Source: Cenococcum geophilum (taxonomy: Eukaryota). From it: a stretch of DNA of 64,000 bases. A program made the position numbers and the translations under genes. Under the pieces are notes generated by a model. It did no database searches. It worked only from the letters and a program-made list of their open reading frames with translations, and had not been told where the DNA came from. Shown piece by piece: positions 41,930 to 52,875 of this stretch. The stretch is taken from contig CP158635.1 in NCBI GenBank assembly GCA_050273025.1, positions 3,100,001 to 3,164,000 on the forward strand, given 5' to 3'. Numbering within the stretch: the first letter of the stretch is position 1; each line of letters begins with the position of its first letter.

Positions 41930-44365
41930 CTACGCCACTCCCCCAATAGCCAAAACCCCACCTCTAGGCACTCTCGGTCCTACAAATCCTCTCCTCTGCC
42001 TGCCCGTCCTGCCTCTACCTAGCCAATTGTACTTCAGCTCTTTCGTCAGCCTCTCCATCTTCGCTTGCGCCTCATCTCCACTCTGCACGCTCGCCAGTAC
42101 GCTGACGCACTGAAGCATGCGTCCGACGGTCTCCGTGACCTTCGCCGAGTCCATAGGCTGAGGCGGGGGAGGCGGCGCGGGGGATTGCAGAGAGTGCGCG
42201 GAAAAGGAGCCTGCGGACGTATTCGAAGTAGCGCGGGAGCGCGAGGACGTTCCGAAAGAAGTAGAGGAGGGGGTGGAGTCAAGCAGGGTAGAGCTTTGGG
42301 AGTTGTAGCTGCTCATCGGGCCCGCGCCGGTGCCGTCTGATATGGATGTAGCAGTACTGGGGCGCACTGAGGAAGAGTCAGGGATCGGATTCGGGCTGTC
42401 CACGCCCGCGTTGAGGTTTTCTAGCGAGAGGCGCGAGAAGATGGCCATGAGCGTGTCGTTGCGGGGGAGGATAGCTATGTCGCGGAATGTGAGGAGAGTG
42501 ATGCGGCGAACGTCGAGGTCCTCACCGAGTGTCGGGATGTTTTTGTTTGAAGCTGACATGTCGCTGTCGGGGAGTGCGGCGCCCCAGAATTCAGCAGCTG
42601 TGGGCGCTGTCATGAGAGAACCACGGCCTTTGAATTCAAGGTCTAGTGGCAAAAACACTGCTTGAAGGAACGGGAGAATGGTGGTAAAGACCACAAGCCA
42701 CATTTCGACCAGATGGGGGATGAGACGGTCATCCGGGACATGGCGTAGTGTTTGATCCAGCGAGGAGAAGCCGGTTTCAAGGAGTTCACTAAGATCTTCT
42801 ATTAGAATTGTTGGCGCGCGCTTCTGAATGCATATTCTAATGTGTACGGAGACGAGCGCATTGAAGTCTTCGATGGGCGGGCGAGGGTCTTCTCCTTCAA
42901 AGATGTGTAATAATCGTGCCTTCAAGAGCGGCCAGGCATCGTCAGGCGTAAGTCCTGGAATTCCAAAGGAGGCTCCTAGTCCAGATAGGTCATTTGGATA
43001 TGATAGTGGTGCGCCTGGAGATGGACCTAACGTTACACCAGGAGAAGCTCCAAGACTGCCCACCCCTGGCCACTCGGAGCGCTCCTGGCTGAAAGACTGG
43101 TTTCGTTCCCTAAAAGGGGGCTCTAGAGAGTCAACAAGATACGGTGTAAACGAAGCTGCTTTCTCCTCTTTCTTCTTCTGTCTCAATGCGCGACCTCCAT
43201 GCCTCAAATCCAGCCCACTCATTGATGCCGCGAATGTGCTTGAATGGCCAGGTGATGACGGCGCCGCAAACGAGTACAGCGGCTGCGGAGCATTCGGATC
43301 CGTTGGTCTCGAGTTACTCATCGCTGAAGACAACGGTAAATGATGGTCATCCTTATCCTTCAGCCTGTTCTTCTGTCTCGATAGAAAATGGTGTTTATGC
43401 TTCTCCTTCTCCTTCTCCGGCTGAAACATTGTCGCCCTCTCGGAAGGCACCAGCGTTGATGTTGATGCGTTCGCCGAAGAGTAAAGAGACGAAGCACTCG
43501 ACATGCTTGGATCAACCAGACTTGTGGTCGACTGGTTCATCAACCTATTCAGAGCGCCCGTGCTATGCATGCTTATCTTATTTGGCGATGGCAGCGCTGG
43601 GTGCTTCTTGTCAAAATCTCTATCCTTGGAGATGCCGATGCTCTTCGGTTTCGAAAATAGTTTCATCTTCGACTTCTCCTTGACCGGTTTCTGCTGTAGC
43701 TCTGGCGGCGCTGGTGAACCGTGATCGAGCGGCAGACCTGGTGAATGCTTTGGACTCCTGGGAAATGCCACATTTGCTGCTGTCGTCGCCGCCATCTTGT
43801 GTCCTCCTAAAATCCCGTTTTGGTATGTCATACCGTTCGTTGCGAAAGTTACTGTGGTGGGCACTGCAGGCGGTGACGATCCAGGCGGTCGTCGTCCAGG
43901 CGGGGTTCCATTATTACTCCCTGGCTCTGGTATTGTGGTTGAGCGCTTCCGCATGTGGTGCGGATTCTGGACATGCATTGCTGCTTGAGCGGCAATCTGC
44001 GACGCTGTAAGGTGGTTCGACATTGCGGGCGCATTGGAGGGCAGGGTAGGCTCAAAATAGCCTTGTGATCGCTGGCGCGGTCGGTGGCCGAAGTGCGAGG
44101 TAGGGGTGGCGTGCTCGACGGTGGGAGAGTGGTTTCGCAGGGGCAGGTCGTGGGCGACCCCGCGGGGAGCTGCGGTGGGTCGAGAGAAGTTCTGTCCAGC
44201 AGCGGTATCAACAAGTGCGAGCACAGGCGGCTTGCCTTTTCGTGGCAGCAAAGGCGATCGTCGCTGCACAGAGAGGGTGGTGATTTGCGAGGAGTCAGAG
44301 TCAGAGTCGTCGCTGTCTCTGCTCTGGCGGTAGGTGGGTGTTACGGGGGGAGGTGAGGATGTCAT
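41930..44365 (-). CDS. HbrB-domain protein (Bit61/PRR5-like TORC2-associated subunit)
   Basis: 811-aa single-exon ORF; low-complexity N-terminus, then DDAWPLLKARLLHIFEGED..IEDFNALV, LDVRRITLLTFRD and RMLQCVSVLASVQSGD..LKYNWLGRGRTGRQRRGFVG. Confidence 0.85.
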   Translation of the reverse strand: MTSSPPPVTPTYRQSRDSDDSDSDSSQITTLSVQRRSPLLPRKGKPPVLALVDTAAGQNFSRPTAAPRGVAHDLPLRNHSPTVEHATPTSHFGHRPRQRSQGYFEPTLPSNAPAMSNHLTASQIAAQAAMHVQNPHHMRKRSTTIPEPGSNNGTPPGRRPPGSSPPAVPTTVTFATNGMTYQNGILGGHKMAATTAANVAFPRSPKHSPGLPLDHGSPAPPELQQKPVKEKSKMKLFSKPKSIGISKDRDFDKKHPALPSPNKISMHSTGALNRLMNQSTTSLVDPSMSSASSLYSSANASTSTLVPSERATMFQPEKEKEKHKHHFLSRQKNRLKDKDDHHLPLSSAMSNSRPTDPNAPQPLYSFAAPSSPGHSSTFAASMSGLDLRHGGRALRQKKKEEKAASFTPYLVDSLEPPFRERNQSFSQERSEWPGVGSLGASPGVTLGPSPGAPLSYPNDLSGLGASFGIPGLTPDDAWPLLKARLLHIFEGEDPRPPIEDFNALVSVHIRICIQKRAPTILIEDLSELLETGFSSLDQTLRHVPDDRLIPHLVEMWLVVFTTILPFLQAVFLPLDLEFKGRGSLMTAPTAAEFWGAALPDSDMSASNKNIPTLGEDLDVRRITLLTFRDIAILPRNDTLMAIFSRLSLENLNAGVDSPNPIPDSSSVRPSTATSISDGTGAGPMSSYNSQSSTLLDSTPSSTSFGTSSRSRATSNTSAGSFSAHSLQSPAPPPPPQPMDSAKVTETVGRMLQCVSVLASVQSGDEAQAKMERLTKELKYNWLGRGRTGRQRRGFVGPRVPRGGVLAIGGVA

Positions 44366-44695
44366 TGCGCAAGGTTGTACAACGTATAGATGAGCTATAC
44401 GAGGCTTGATATTGCGATCCAGGTGTTAATATAGCCTGATTCAGGTCATAGCCGGCACAACAGGAGGCAGATATAAGAGAGATATAGATGTCTTCATCGG
44501 AGATCCATAATGGATGGTCGTGGCGGTGACGGCAGTGATGGCGTTTGTACTTGGGAATAATACGAAGTGCAGGGCTGAGGTTTCGACAAGGTTCTCCATC
44601 GAGTGAGGATCATGCAGTCCTGCCTCATCTCCGACCTCGCTCCACTAGCAGAAATTTACCAAGCTGAAGAACGCGCTCCTATTCCTCCATCAACT

Positions 44696-44977
44696 ATGTC
44701 TGCACCTGCTCAGCTCACTGCGCACTACACTTCCCCGGGTTGCAGCGCTAAACACTTCATCCACTCCCTACCGGAGCTGTCGTCTAACCCCTCCACCACC
44801 GATCGCACGGCTTACCTCTCGAAACTTCGTGCCGAAGCTGTTGAACTCCAGAGTAGTATCAACGCCTTTCTAACACAAAGAATGGAGGAGGATAATGCAG
44901 CGAGTGGCAAGCCTGCCGTTGATGATGCGAAAGAGGAGGATAATTATGGCGAGGAAGTTGTCGAAGAGGATGGATGA
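44696..44977 (+). CDS. GON7: EKC/KEOPS complex subunit Gon7-like
   Basis: 93 aa from ATG 44696: LTAHYTSP, TAYLSKLR..LQSSINAFLTQRMEED and an acidic tail EEDNYGEE. Confidence 0.75.
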   Translation: MSAPAQLTAHYTSPGCSAKHFIHSLPELSSNPSTTDRTAYLSKLRAEAVELQSSINAFLTQRMEEDNAASGKPAVDDAKEEDNYGEEVVEEDG

Positions 44978-45448
44978 GAGACTGAACACTCGTACAAACA
45001 ATAATTCGCCCTTTCCAAACATCTGGAGTTAGGGGAGCAAACAAGAAGGGCCATGATCAGAGCTGCTCTGTTCAGACGGATTCCTATAAGTAGACAAGGA
45101 TGGGACTATCGTTGTCGTAGTGTAGAAAAATACACGGAACACCACATCGGCTGAGGATGCATACATACTGCTAATAGAGAACGTATTACGGATCTAGCAA
45201 CTCGTTAAGGGGGGCATACAGCGTTCGGTTGCTGTTAGATATTATATAGCAGAGTAAGGAGTAGATGTCAAAGTGGACCTGAAAATGTATCTGATGGGGA
45301 TATGAACAACCAAGAAGCCATCTCCAGTGTTCCAATTGCAATGCCTCTTATCCAATCTCTTAGGATAACATTGATTCCATATTCACATGTGTCACCCTTG
45401 CGCTACCCACCTCTTTGCTCAATTACAAACCTCCCTACTCAACTCTTC

Positions 45449-48400
45449 TTACGTCCAGCCTGCTCTCCTCCCTTCCGTAAACGTGCCCGTGCCTCTCCTG
45501 CCTGCGCTCCCCTTCATACAACCCGAATGCACTACAGTGTTATCCGCATACACTCTGATCGCCGACCCACCAAACCTCTTATGGCAAACAGCACAGTGCC
45601 TATCTTCGTCGATAACCACCCTCCTATTCCTCCCTCCAGGGTGTGCTTTCCCTCCCGGTCCCGCATTCGCACCTAATAGTAATGCTGCCTCTACTCCCAC
45701 TTTCTCGACGTCCCTTAACCGCGCCACGATCCTCTCCTCGTTCATAACGCTGTTTGCGTTCCGTATTCGGCCGCGGAAGTAGCTCTCCAACTCCTTCACA
45801 GGCAAGGACTCAGGAACCAGGCCGAGTGTGGTGGAAGCAGGGAGACGAGCACCATGTTTGGATAGTAAGTCGAGAGCTGGGGGCCAGTTGGGAGCATGAG
45901 GAGGCGGTGGCGTGAGATAAAGACCCAGGAGCGTGTGGTATATTGAAGGTTCGGCATCTTCGGGATCAGTGGCTGTAGGGCGGATGGGTGAATGTTGCGC
46001 GTTCGTGGAAGAAGGGACCGCGGAAAGGTAAGTTTGGTTGCAGTATCTAGAGGCAATGAAGTGAGTAGGGAGGTGGGGAAGAATAGAGGGAGCGTGTCTT
46101 ACTCTTCCGCCTTTTGGTAGTCTTTAAGTTGGAAGACATAAATTTGGAGGGCTTGCCTGTGCTGACCCATCTTGCTTAGCACGATAGCGCGACACTCGAA
46201 GAAGTCCGGATCTTTTTAGGAAGAGTGTTAGCCATATAGCGTTACATGTACTACGAATAAGTGCTTACCCTCTGTCGGCAGTTGGCTGCGAGCTCGAATT
46301 TTGTTGTATTGCGTGCTGCTCTTCAAAAATGCCTCTAATCTCCCCAACCACTGCTTCCGCTCATCACCGCTCTCAAACTCGTCCTGTCCCACTTTCAGTC
46401 GTTCTAAATATAGATCGATCAGACGCTGGTGGAAATCTGGTGTGAGATCATTCAACTCTTCAATTATATGCTCCAGATACCTCACTGCCAACTTCAAGTC
46501 AATTCGCTGCAGAAAATCGAGAACTTTGTTTCTCGGCAAGGTTTCCGCATTTTCTGTATCCGCTAAGAATATCTCCATTCCCAGCTCGGGGTCTGTCTTT
46601 AGCGGCCATTCTGCAAATTCGAGAATCAAATCGATCATCTCGGGAGGGAGCTGTTGCAGATACCCTATAGTCCTCTGTGAACCCTTCAAAGCAGGTGTGA
46701 CCTCGTCATCCGCCTCGCTCTTGCCAAACTTCTCGAGTAACTCTAACGCTTCCCGATGTAACTTTTTGCCATGCAAGAAGTCGATAAGATCACTGTATCT
46801 TCCGCTCTCGTACAATTTCTCCTTGACGACATCCGGGTCGCAGAAATTATCTAGGCGGAAAAGCGGCCCTGCTAGACTAGGACTCACAAGCATATACGCT
46901 CGGAACAGAGTAGTGTCAACTAATTCTGCGACTTCGCGGAGTTTGATCTCCCAGTCGATAGGTTCTGGTGGTGATGGCTCTAAGATAAAATGGTGGAACG
47001 GAGGCTTGAAGCTCTCGGACTCGCTTTCGCTTGGAGGCTGAAGTGGCTCTTTGAGGGTTCCGTTGGTATTGATGTATCGTTTTAATTGTACTCGGGTTTG
47101 TGCGAGGAATGCACGAAGTTCATTGACTGCAATGGTTAAATCTCTCCCCTCTGCAGTATCATTAGCGACCATACATGTCTATAGTACTGAATTCGTATAT
47201 GCTTACCTAGGGGCTTGTCTGTTGCTAATGTTTCCGAGATCTTTCCTCTGATGCTTGCAGTATCACTGGAGTCGGTTAACTTCAACGACCTCACCGACGA
47301 TGTATCCGAATCTGCTTTTTTATGTTCTGTCTTGAACTTGCCGACCATCGATCGACCCAGTGAGGATACCGGTGTAGCTATGGTAGCTTTACTGTTAGTC
47401 GTACTTGTGCCGCCGTTGGCTTCCTCGTGGTCAGCTTCACTCTCGGCGTCCTTATTACTCTCGACAGAAGAGAGATCTCCAGCGATAGACTTGGGGTAGA
47501 GGGCAACGACCCGCTCTGGAGGTGCTTTGGCATCCGAGAATAGCTCTAGGGCCTCCCGATACTTTCGCAAATCAAACAAGCCTTGTGCTTTGAGCATTTT
47601 AATCTCTCGGACCTGGCCTCGTTTGTCTTTCAGTAGCGTATCCTCAAGCATCCCGAGTAAGCTTATGGCCTCGTCATATCGACCGCTCGCGACCAACTCA
47701 TCGATTTGGGAGTCGTAGTCCAAAGCGTCCATTCTCCATATACACCGATCACTAGCCACCAGAAAGCCCTTCCCTGCGTGAGCTAGGCTGATGTTGGGCT
47801 GAGGGACGTGGAGGAAATTGGCATTCGGTAGAGCTATCGTCTGTAGCAGCGACAAAGTATCGGGGTTCCGGACTTCTAGCCCTCCTTTAGAAGGAGGCTG
47901 AAGCGCTAGCATATATGGATAGGAGTATCCGATTGCCTCTGGGGCTGAAGGCCAGGGAATTTGTCTTTTTTCTATAGCATTTCCGTCTGTGTCGATGAAG
48001 AGCGTATTCACATCCTTGGCCAACAGCATCTGTCCTTCCCCCAACCTCGTTGCCATTGGCTTTGGCACCCAGCTTCCCATACCCATGTATCCCATACCAG
48101 AAGAAGTGATGGCGCCGAATCGAGAGCCAGATTGACCGCCAGCGTCTCCCAAACCACCCGGCTTGTTGATGTCCGATATTTCCTGGCTATCAACATCCAC
48201 CATGACAAACCCCGGATCCATCCCAGCCACAAGCTTTGTCCCAGTCGCCCATGTCAGTGATTTGACAGCCGCTACAAGTATGACTTCTGTTGCCTCCTCA
48301 GAGAGTTCCATGTCCTGCCATAACCATAATATTATCTTCCGCTTGACCGCGACCGCAAGCCGCGACACGATAGAAGGTATACCCGTGTTTGCATCCTTCA

Positions 48401-48852
48401 CAATATCAGATGTGACCGCGAACGAAGTAGCGCCTTTGGTCTTCTCTAGCCTTTCCTGCAGCGCATAGCTCTGGAGGTCGTGGATGGACACATAGCTGTC
48501 GGAGAGGGAGACGAGGATATTCGCCTCTTTGATGATAGCAAGCTGCAGGATCGGTCTGCGAGAGAACTTTTCCTCTTCGCGGAGGAGGTCCGCAGGTCGG
48601 GTTTTAGGTTGTTCGGGTTGCCGATCGCCATTCTGCTCTGTCGTCTCGGTTTCGTCGTTGAGTTCGTTCACTCTGTAGATACGCAGGCTGCCAGTGTGCA
48701 GGCCGACAAGTACTCTATCGCCTATAATATCCATCAGAGGGTAAATCCGCAGTCCCGGATGGCGACTTACCATAAGCTAAGATAGATTCGATCCTGGATT
48801 TGTCCCGTTGTCTAAGCTCGATAATAGGTCGAGCTGTAAACGCGGACAACAT
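45449..48852 (-). CDS. VPS39: HOPS subunit Vam6/Vps39 (CNH domain, clathrin repeat, C-terminal Zn finger)
   Basis: MLSAFTARPIIEL start at 48852; CNH domain; LFRLDNFCDPDVV; C-terminal CAVCHKRFGGSAIRVY..VVHSGC. Four GT-AG introns near 48722-48770, 47150-47206, 46213-46269 and 46047-46102. Confidence 0.93.
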
Positions 48853-50246
48853 GGTGGCACAGTAGAACAATGTCTGCTAAATAGTGATACTTCAGGTTAT
48901 GCGACCACTCCAGCGCGGTCGTTTTGTGCTGCAAGCGCCATGTTGTTCGGGTTGCAGCTGCGAGAGAGCTTAAGCATGAGCATCATGTGGCTTGAGCTTC
49001 CGATGACGATTGAGGTCAGTGCTCCGTATCAAAGAAATGCTGCGTATTCGGAGCATTCATGATTCACGAAAATTGTTTGGCTTACGGATTCTCTTAAATG
49101 CAGTACACATATCACTAGGAAGTTCCATATAGTTGTCCGGGAGAGATTTTTTTGGCTTGGCTCTGTAGGGAGCTCGTAACTCTCCGCCGATATTATTTAC
49201 AAATGAGTGACTGATAAGAAGCTAGCAGCATAACAACCTAGGCAAAAACTAATCCCACCCGGTTCAAACATCTTTTCAAGTCACCTCCCCTCTCTCGAAA
49301 CAGAGGTTCGATGGGAACCGAAGTGACACAAGCACGTCCAGAAAGCCCCGGCCGAAGCAACGGGATCCAACAGGTCGCAAAGCGCAATACCCAACCCTAC
49401 ATCCAAAGGACGAGGATACTTCAGCCAGCCGTACAAACAACGACACCTCACTCTCCTCCAGCTCCACCCGCATTCCGTCTCGATCTTGGTCCTGAAATGA
49501 AAAGAGAAAGAGATAACGGGGAGGAAGGATTAGACGCTTGTTATCGATCTGCACTTACACTGCTCCGTTGGACAAGACAACACAGAACGGGTCAGGCCAA
49601 CAGCTCCTCCTCCTTCTCACCACAGTCGGGTCCGAAGATACAACCGGAAGGGCAAGTGTAGAAGGGAGCAAATGAAAGGCGAATGAGCGATCATACCCAA
49701 TCTGTCCGGCTCGTGCACAGCGCCTCACCAAAATCAACAACATCGCGTCCTAAATCCAATCTAACGGACCTCGCGGCCAACCGGGCAAGCCAACGGGAAG
49801 GCGGGGAGGAACTCAGATGGAGAAGGGAAATGATGGATAATGGAGAGCGCTGGAGAGGAACGGGATTTAAAGGGCTAAAGGAACAGACATACCCAAGGAG
49901 ACATCTCGCGCTCGTGACATAAAAGATCGTCAAAATATCTAGCAAAAGAATGCTTTGAAAAACTTCAAATGTTCGAGGGGATATCATCCAACGCCGCGCG
50001 CAAAATGCAGAGCAAAACACAAACAATAAACCAAGAATAGAGTACACCAGTTTCCACCAGAGAGAACCGAAGTTCATCATCTAGCAGTTTTCCAAAGAGC
50101 AAAGCATCGATTTGGAAAGACCTCAGGGACCAAGGTACGTAACCTGAGCAATTACGTCTCGTCACAATCCGACAATTCGCATCCTCGTAGACTCAGGACT
50201 CAAAAGAGAAAAGGTCAGGGAGGATTGGCAATTGAATGCCAGCGAA

Positions 50247-52496
50247 TTAGTCAGAAAATGGATTGTTCGCGGATTTTTCGTTAAAAGGGGAGTTTCCTCC
50301 AAGATCTCCGTGGCTGCTCGCTCGTAGATGGCCGGGGCGAGCTACCGAATCGCCGACGTTGTGCGCACCGACTTGGCCAACCTTCTCAGCTTCCGAGCTA
50401 TAGGCGTTAGAAGTTGGCTCAAAGGTTGGGAAAGGTCGGGGTTGAATTGTGTACGGTGCGGCTTTGTTGACAGGATACTCATACGGCGGTGCTGCAGTAT
50501 CAGGCTGGAAGTCGTGGCCTCGAAAGTTTTCAGTGACAGGATCAACGATATATGCTTGGCCACCTTCTGCACGGGTTTTTTGGCGCCAGAAAAGGAGCAT
50601 ACAAACACGGACTACGCCAATGAGCGCAACGAAGACCCAAATTAGAACGAGGCAGCTTGCAATGATTGCTTCTGTGCGAATGCCATTCTGAAGTTTATTC
50701 GTAAGTTCGAGAACTGAGGCAGAAATTTCGTCCGCGGTGCTGCTACCTGGGTCGGCAAGGAGATTCGCCGAAGAAGAATCACCGCTGATTTTGGCTATGG
50801 CACCAAGTGAGAAAGTGTCGTTTGCAAGCATAGGGAAGTTAACGTGTGCGTTATCTGAGACCCATGTTAAGGCTTTCTGAAAGCCTTGAAGCTTGAGCAG
50901 AACAAGGCAGTTTAGAACACCCATAATAGGGTCATACAGAATAGTCCCTCCAAAGGTAGTATTGAGTGCACTCGTCATCTGGTCCACAAACTCGTTTAAA
51001 GTTGAATTTACGGCTGTAGTGGTAATGTTAACCCATCCGAAAATATTCTCATTGATGTCGGCGTTTGTTGTGTTAATAGCATCGTTTACCCCATTGGCCC
51101 AGGTCTCGGAAGCGTTGTTGAGGGAGCTGACAACCTTATCCGCAAAGCCTGCGACCTGGCTTGTAAGTGCTGGAATCTCCTTTTCAATTGCCTTAAGGAG
51201 GATGTATTGGCATAAGCAGGCGAAAAGTCCAGCAAGTCCCAGGGAGAGCACAAAAAGTGCCGGGGTCGACGTCGCGTAGGCCACTGCCCATCTAATAAGA
51301 GTCTGCCGACGTGTGGATCCAAAGCGGTTTGCAACCTTGATACCGAATGTCGCTGTATACGGTCGAGAAGCTATGTAGATAACGTCCATTGAGTCGTACC
51401 CACTTTGACCGACAAGCTGGGCTCGTTGTTGCATCTTTTGCCATCGTCGGATCTCTCTATAGGCCATAGGAATGCATGCGAGGATGGCCAGAACCACAAC
51501 GACGCCAATGAAGATCTTTCGGGCCATCATCTCCAACTTTACTAAACCGTCGAAGAAGTCGTTAATTCCGTTGTTTTCAGAGCAGAAGCTAAGTTGTTCC
51601 TTTTGGGGGACGGGTAGCGAGGAACGGTTGAATGTATAATTGCCCAAGGTTTCGCTAATGAGCTTCTTCACTTCTTCGAACGGAAATTTGATGACTGTTT
51701 CGGTGAAGTTTTGGACGTCGGCAAAGGTGGGTATGGAATTATTGAGATCCTGCAGGCCTGTGGAGATGTCGGTAGGCATTTCCAAATTCTTCAGCTTCTC
51801 GATATCCGTATCAAGGTTCAGCGTTGGTGGGTTAATATTCGCGAAAGGAATGCTCTTTAAACTGTTCATGAAGCTGTTGAAATCCGTTTCGAAGGTGCTT
51901 GTGACGCTAGCGATATCGTCTCCAATCGCGGGAATAGTGCTATTTAGAATTTTGACTACTTCATCCCCGAGTTGGACTGCGGCATGGAGACTTCCACTGA
52001 CAGCAAGAGTGATTAGACACACGTAGGTCTGAGTCATCATGTTAATAACAAATAGAACAATGTTCTCAACGGCGGTGACACTGAGGTTTATCATTGATAG
52101 GAGCCCATTCGCTCCCCTTTCAACACCACCAGCGGTTAGCTCATTAACACCCTGTGCCATGTAATGAGGCATAGATGCCATAATGCTGCCAATATTTTCT
52201 ACTTCTATACAGGCACGGAGGGCTTGTTGTCTAGCCGAGGAGAGATTATCGTTGATGCCAGCAATGGCGATAAGGGTTCTAACAAGAACAAGGAGGAGGA
52301 GGACAGTCCAGCGATTAAGCCATACTTGTGAGAGTCTAGCTCGAAGGCCGAGGTATGGTGTGAGGTATGGTGCTTGGTGTATTGAAGGCCGTGGTACATT
52401 TTGTGGGGCGTAGTAGTCTCGCATCTCATGATCGCCAGCGGAGAGAGATGGAGGCACAGCCGGGAAGGTTTGCTGTTGGTTCTCTGAGGAAGCCAT
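50247..52496 (-). CDS. PRM1: Plasma membrane fusion protein Prm1
   Basis: 749-aa ORF with PYLGLRARLSQVWLNRWTVLLLLV, SMASMPHYM, TYVCLITLAVSGS, multiple TM segments and N-glycosylation-rich loops. Confidence 0.93.
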   Translation of the reverse strand: MASSENQQQTFPAVPPSLSAGDHEMRDYYAPQNVPRPSIHQAPYLTPYLGLRARLSQVWLNRWTVLLLLVLVRTLIAIAGINDNLSSARQQALRACIEVENIGSIMASMPHYMAQGVNELTAGGVERGANGLLSMINLSVTAVENIVLFVINMMTQTYVCLITLAVSGSLHAAVQLGDEVVKILNSTIPAIGDDIASVTSTFETDFNSFMNSLKSIPFANINPPTLNLDTDIEKLKNLEMPTDISTGLQDLNNSIPTFADVQNFTETVIKFPFEEVKKLISETLGNYTFNRSSLPVPQKEQLSFCSENNGINDFFDGLVKLEMMARKIFIGVVVVLAILACIPMAYREIRRWQKMQQRAQLVGQSGYDSMDVIYIASRPYTATFGIKVANRFGSTRRQTLIRWAVAYATSTPALFVLSLGLAGLFACLCQYILLKAIEKEIPALTSQVAGFADKVVSSLNNASETWANGVNDAINTTNADINENIFGWVNITTTAVNSTLNEFVDQMTSALNTTFGGTILYDPIMGVLNCLVLLKLQGFQKALTWVSDNAHVNFPMLANDTFSLGAIAKISGDSSSANLLADPGSSTADEISASVLELTNKLQNGIRTEAIIASCLVLIWVFVALIGVVRVCMLLFWRQKTRAEGGQAYIVDPVTENFRGHDFQPDTAAPPYEYPVNKAAPYTIQPRPFPTFEPTSNAYSSEAEKVGQVGAHNVGDSVARPGHLRASSHGDLGGNSPFNEKSANNPFSD

Positions 52497-52750
52497 GATG
52501 GCGGCGGGTGGTGCAAAAGGCCTCGGTCTGTGAGGATGAATATTAGGAAAAAGCCAGCCAGCGGCAAATGATGCGGATGCAATAACAGCAGAGGATCAGG
52601 AAGATATAGAGATGTGTGAAAATGCTTTTTGCTTCGTGGGTAGAGGAAGGCAGGGGAGTGCGGTTGATGATGCAAAAGAAAAAACTGCCAGAGAGTATGT
52701 GGTTGCAGTGAAGATAATTATGGAATTAGTGAATGGAATAAAGGAAAGAG

Positions 52751-52875
52751 ACAATAGTATTCATCCACAATAGCCACAACAAAGAGAAGTGAGTCAGTGA
52801 AAAGCAATGCCGGGGGAGACAAGGGATTTTGTGAGTTTTCTTATAACGACAAAGGAAACGAATCGACATGAAACA
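52751..52875. promoter_or_regulatory. Candidate mating-response elements upstream of PRM1
   Basis: ACAATAG twice (52751, 52767), AACAAAG (52778) and TGAAACA (52869), 255-380 bp upstream of the PRM1 ATG. Confidence 0.4.
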
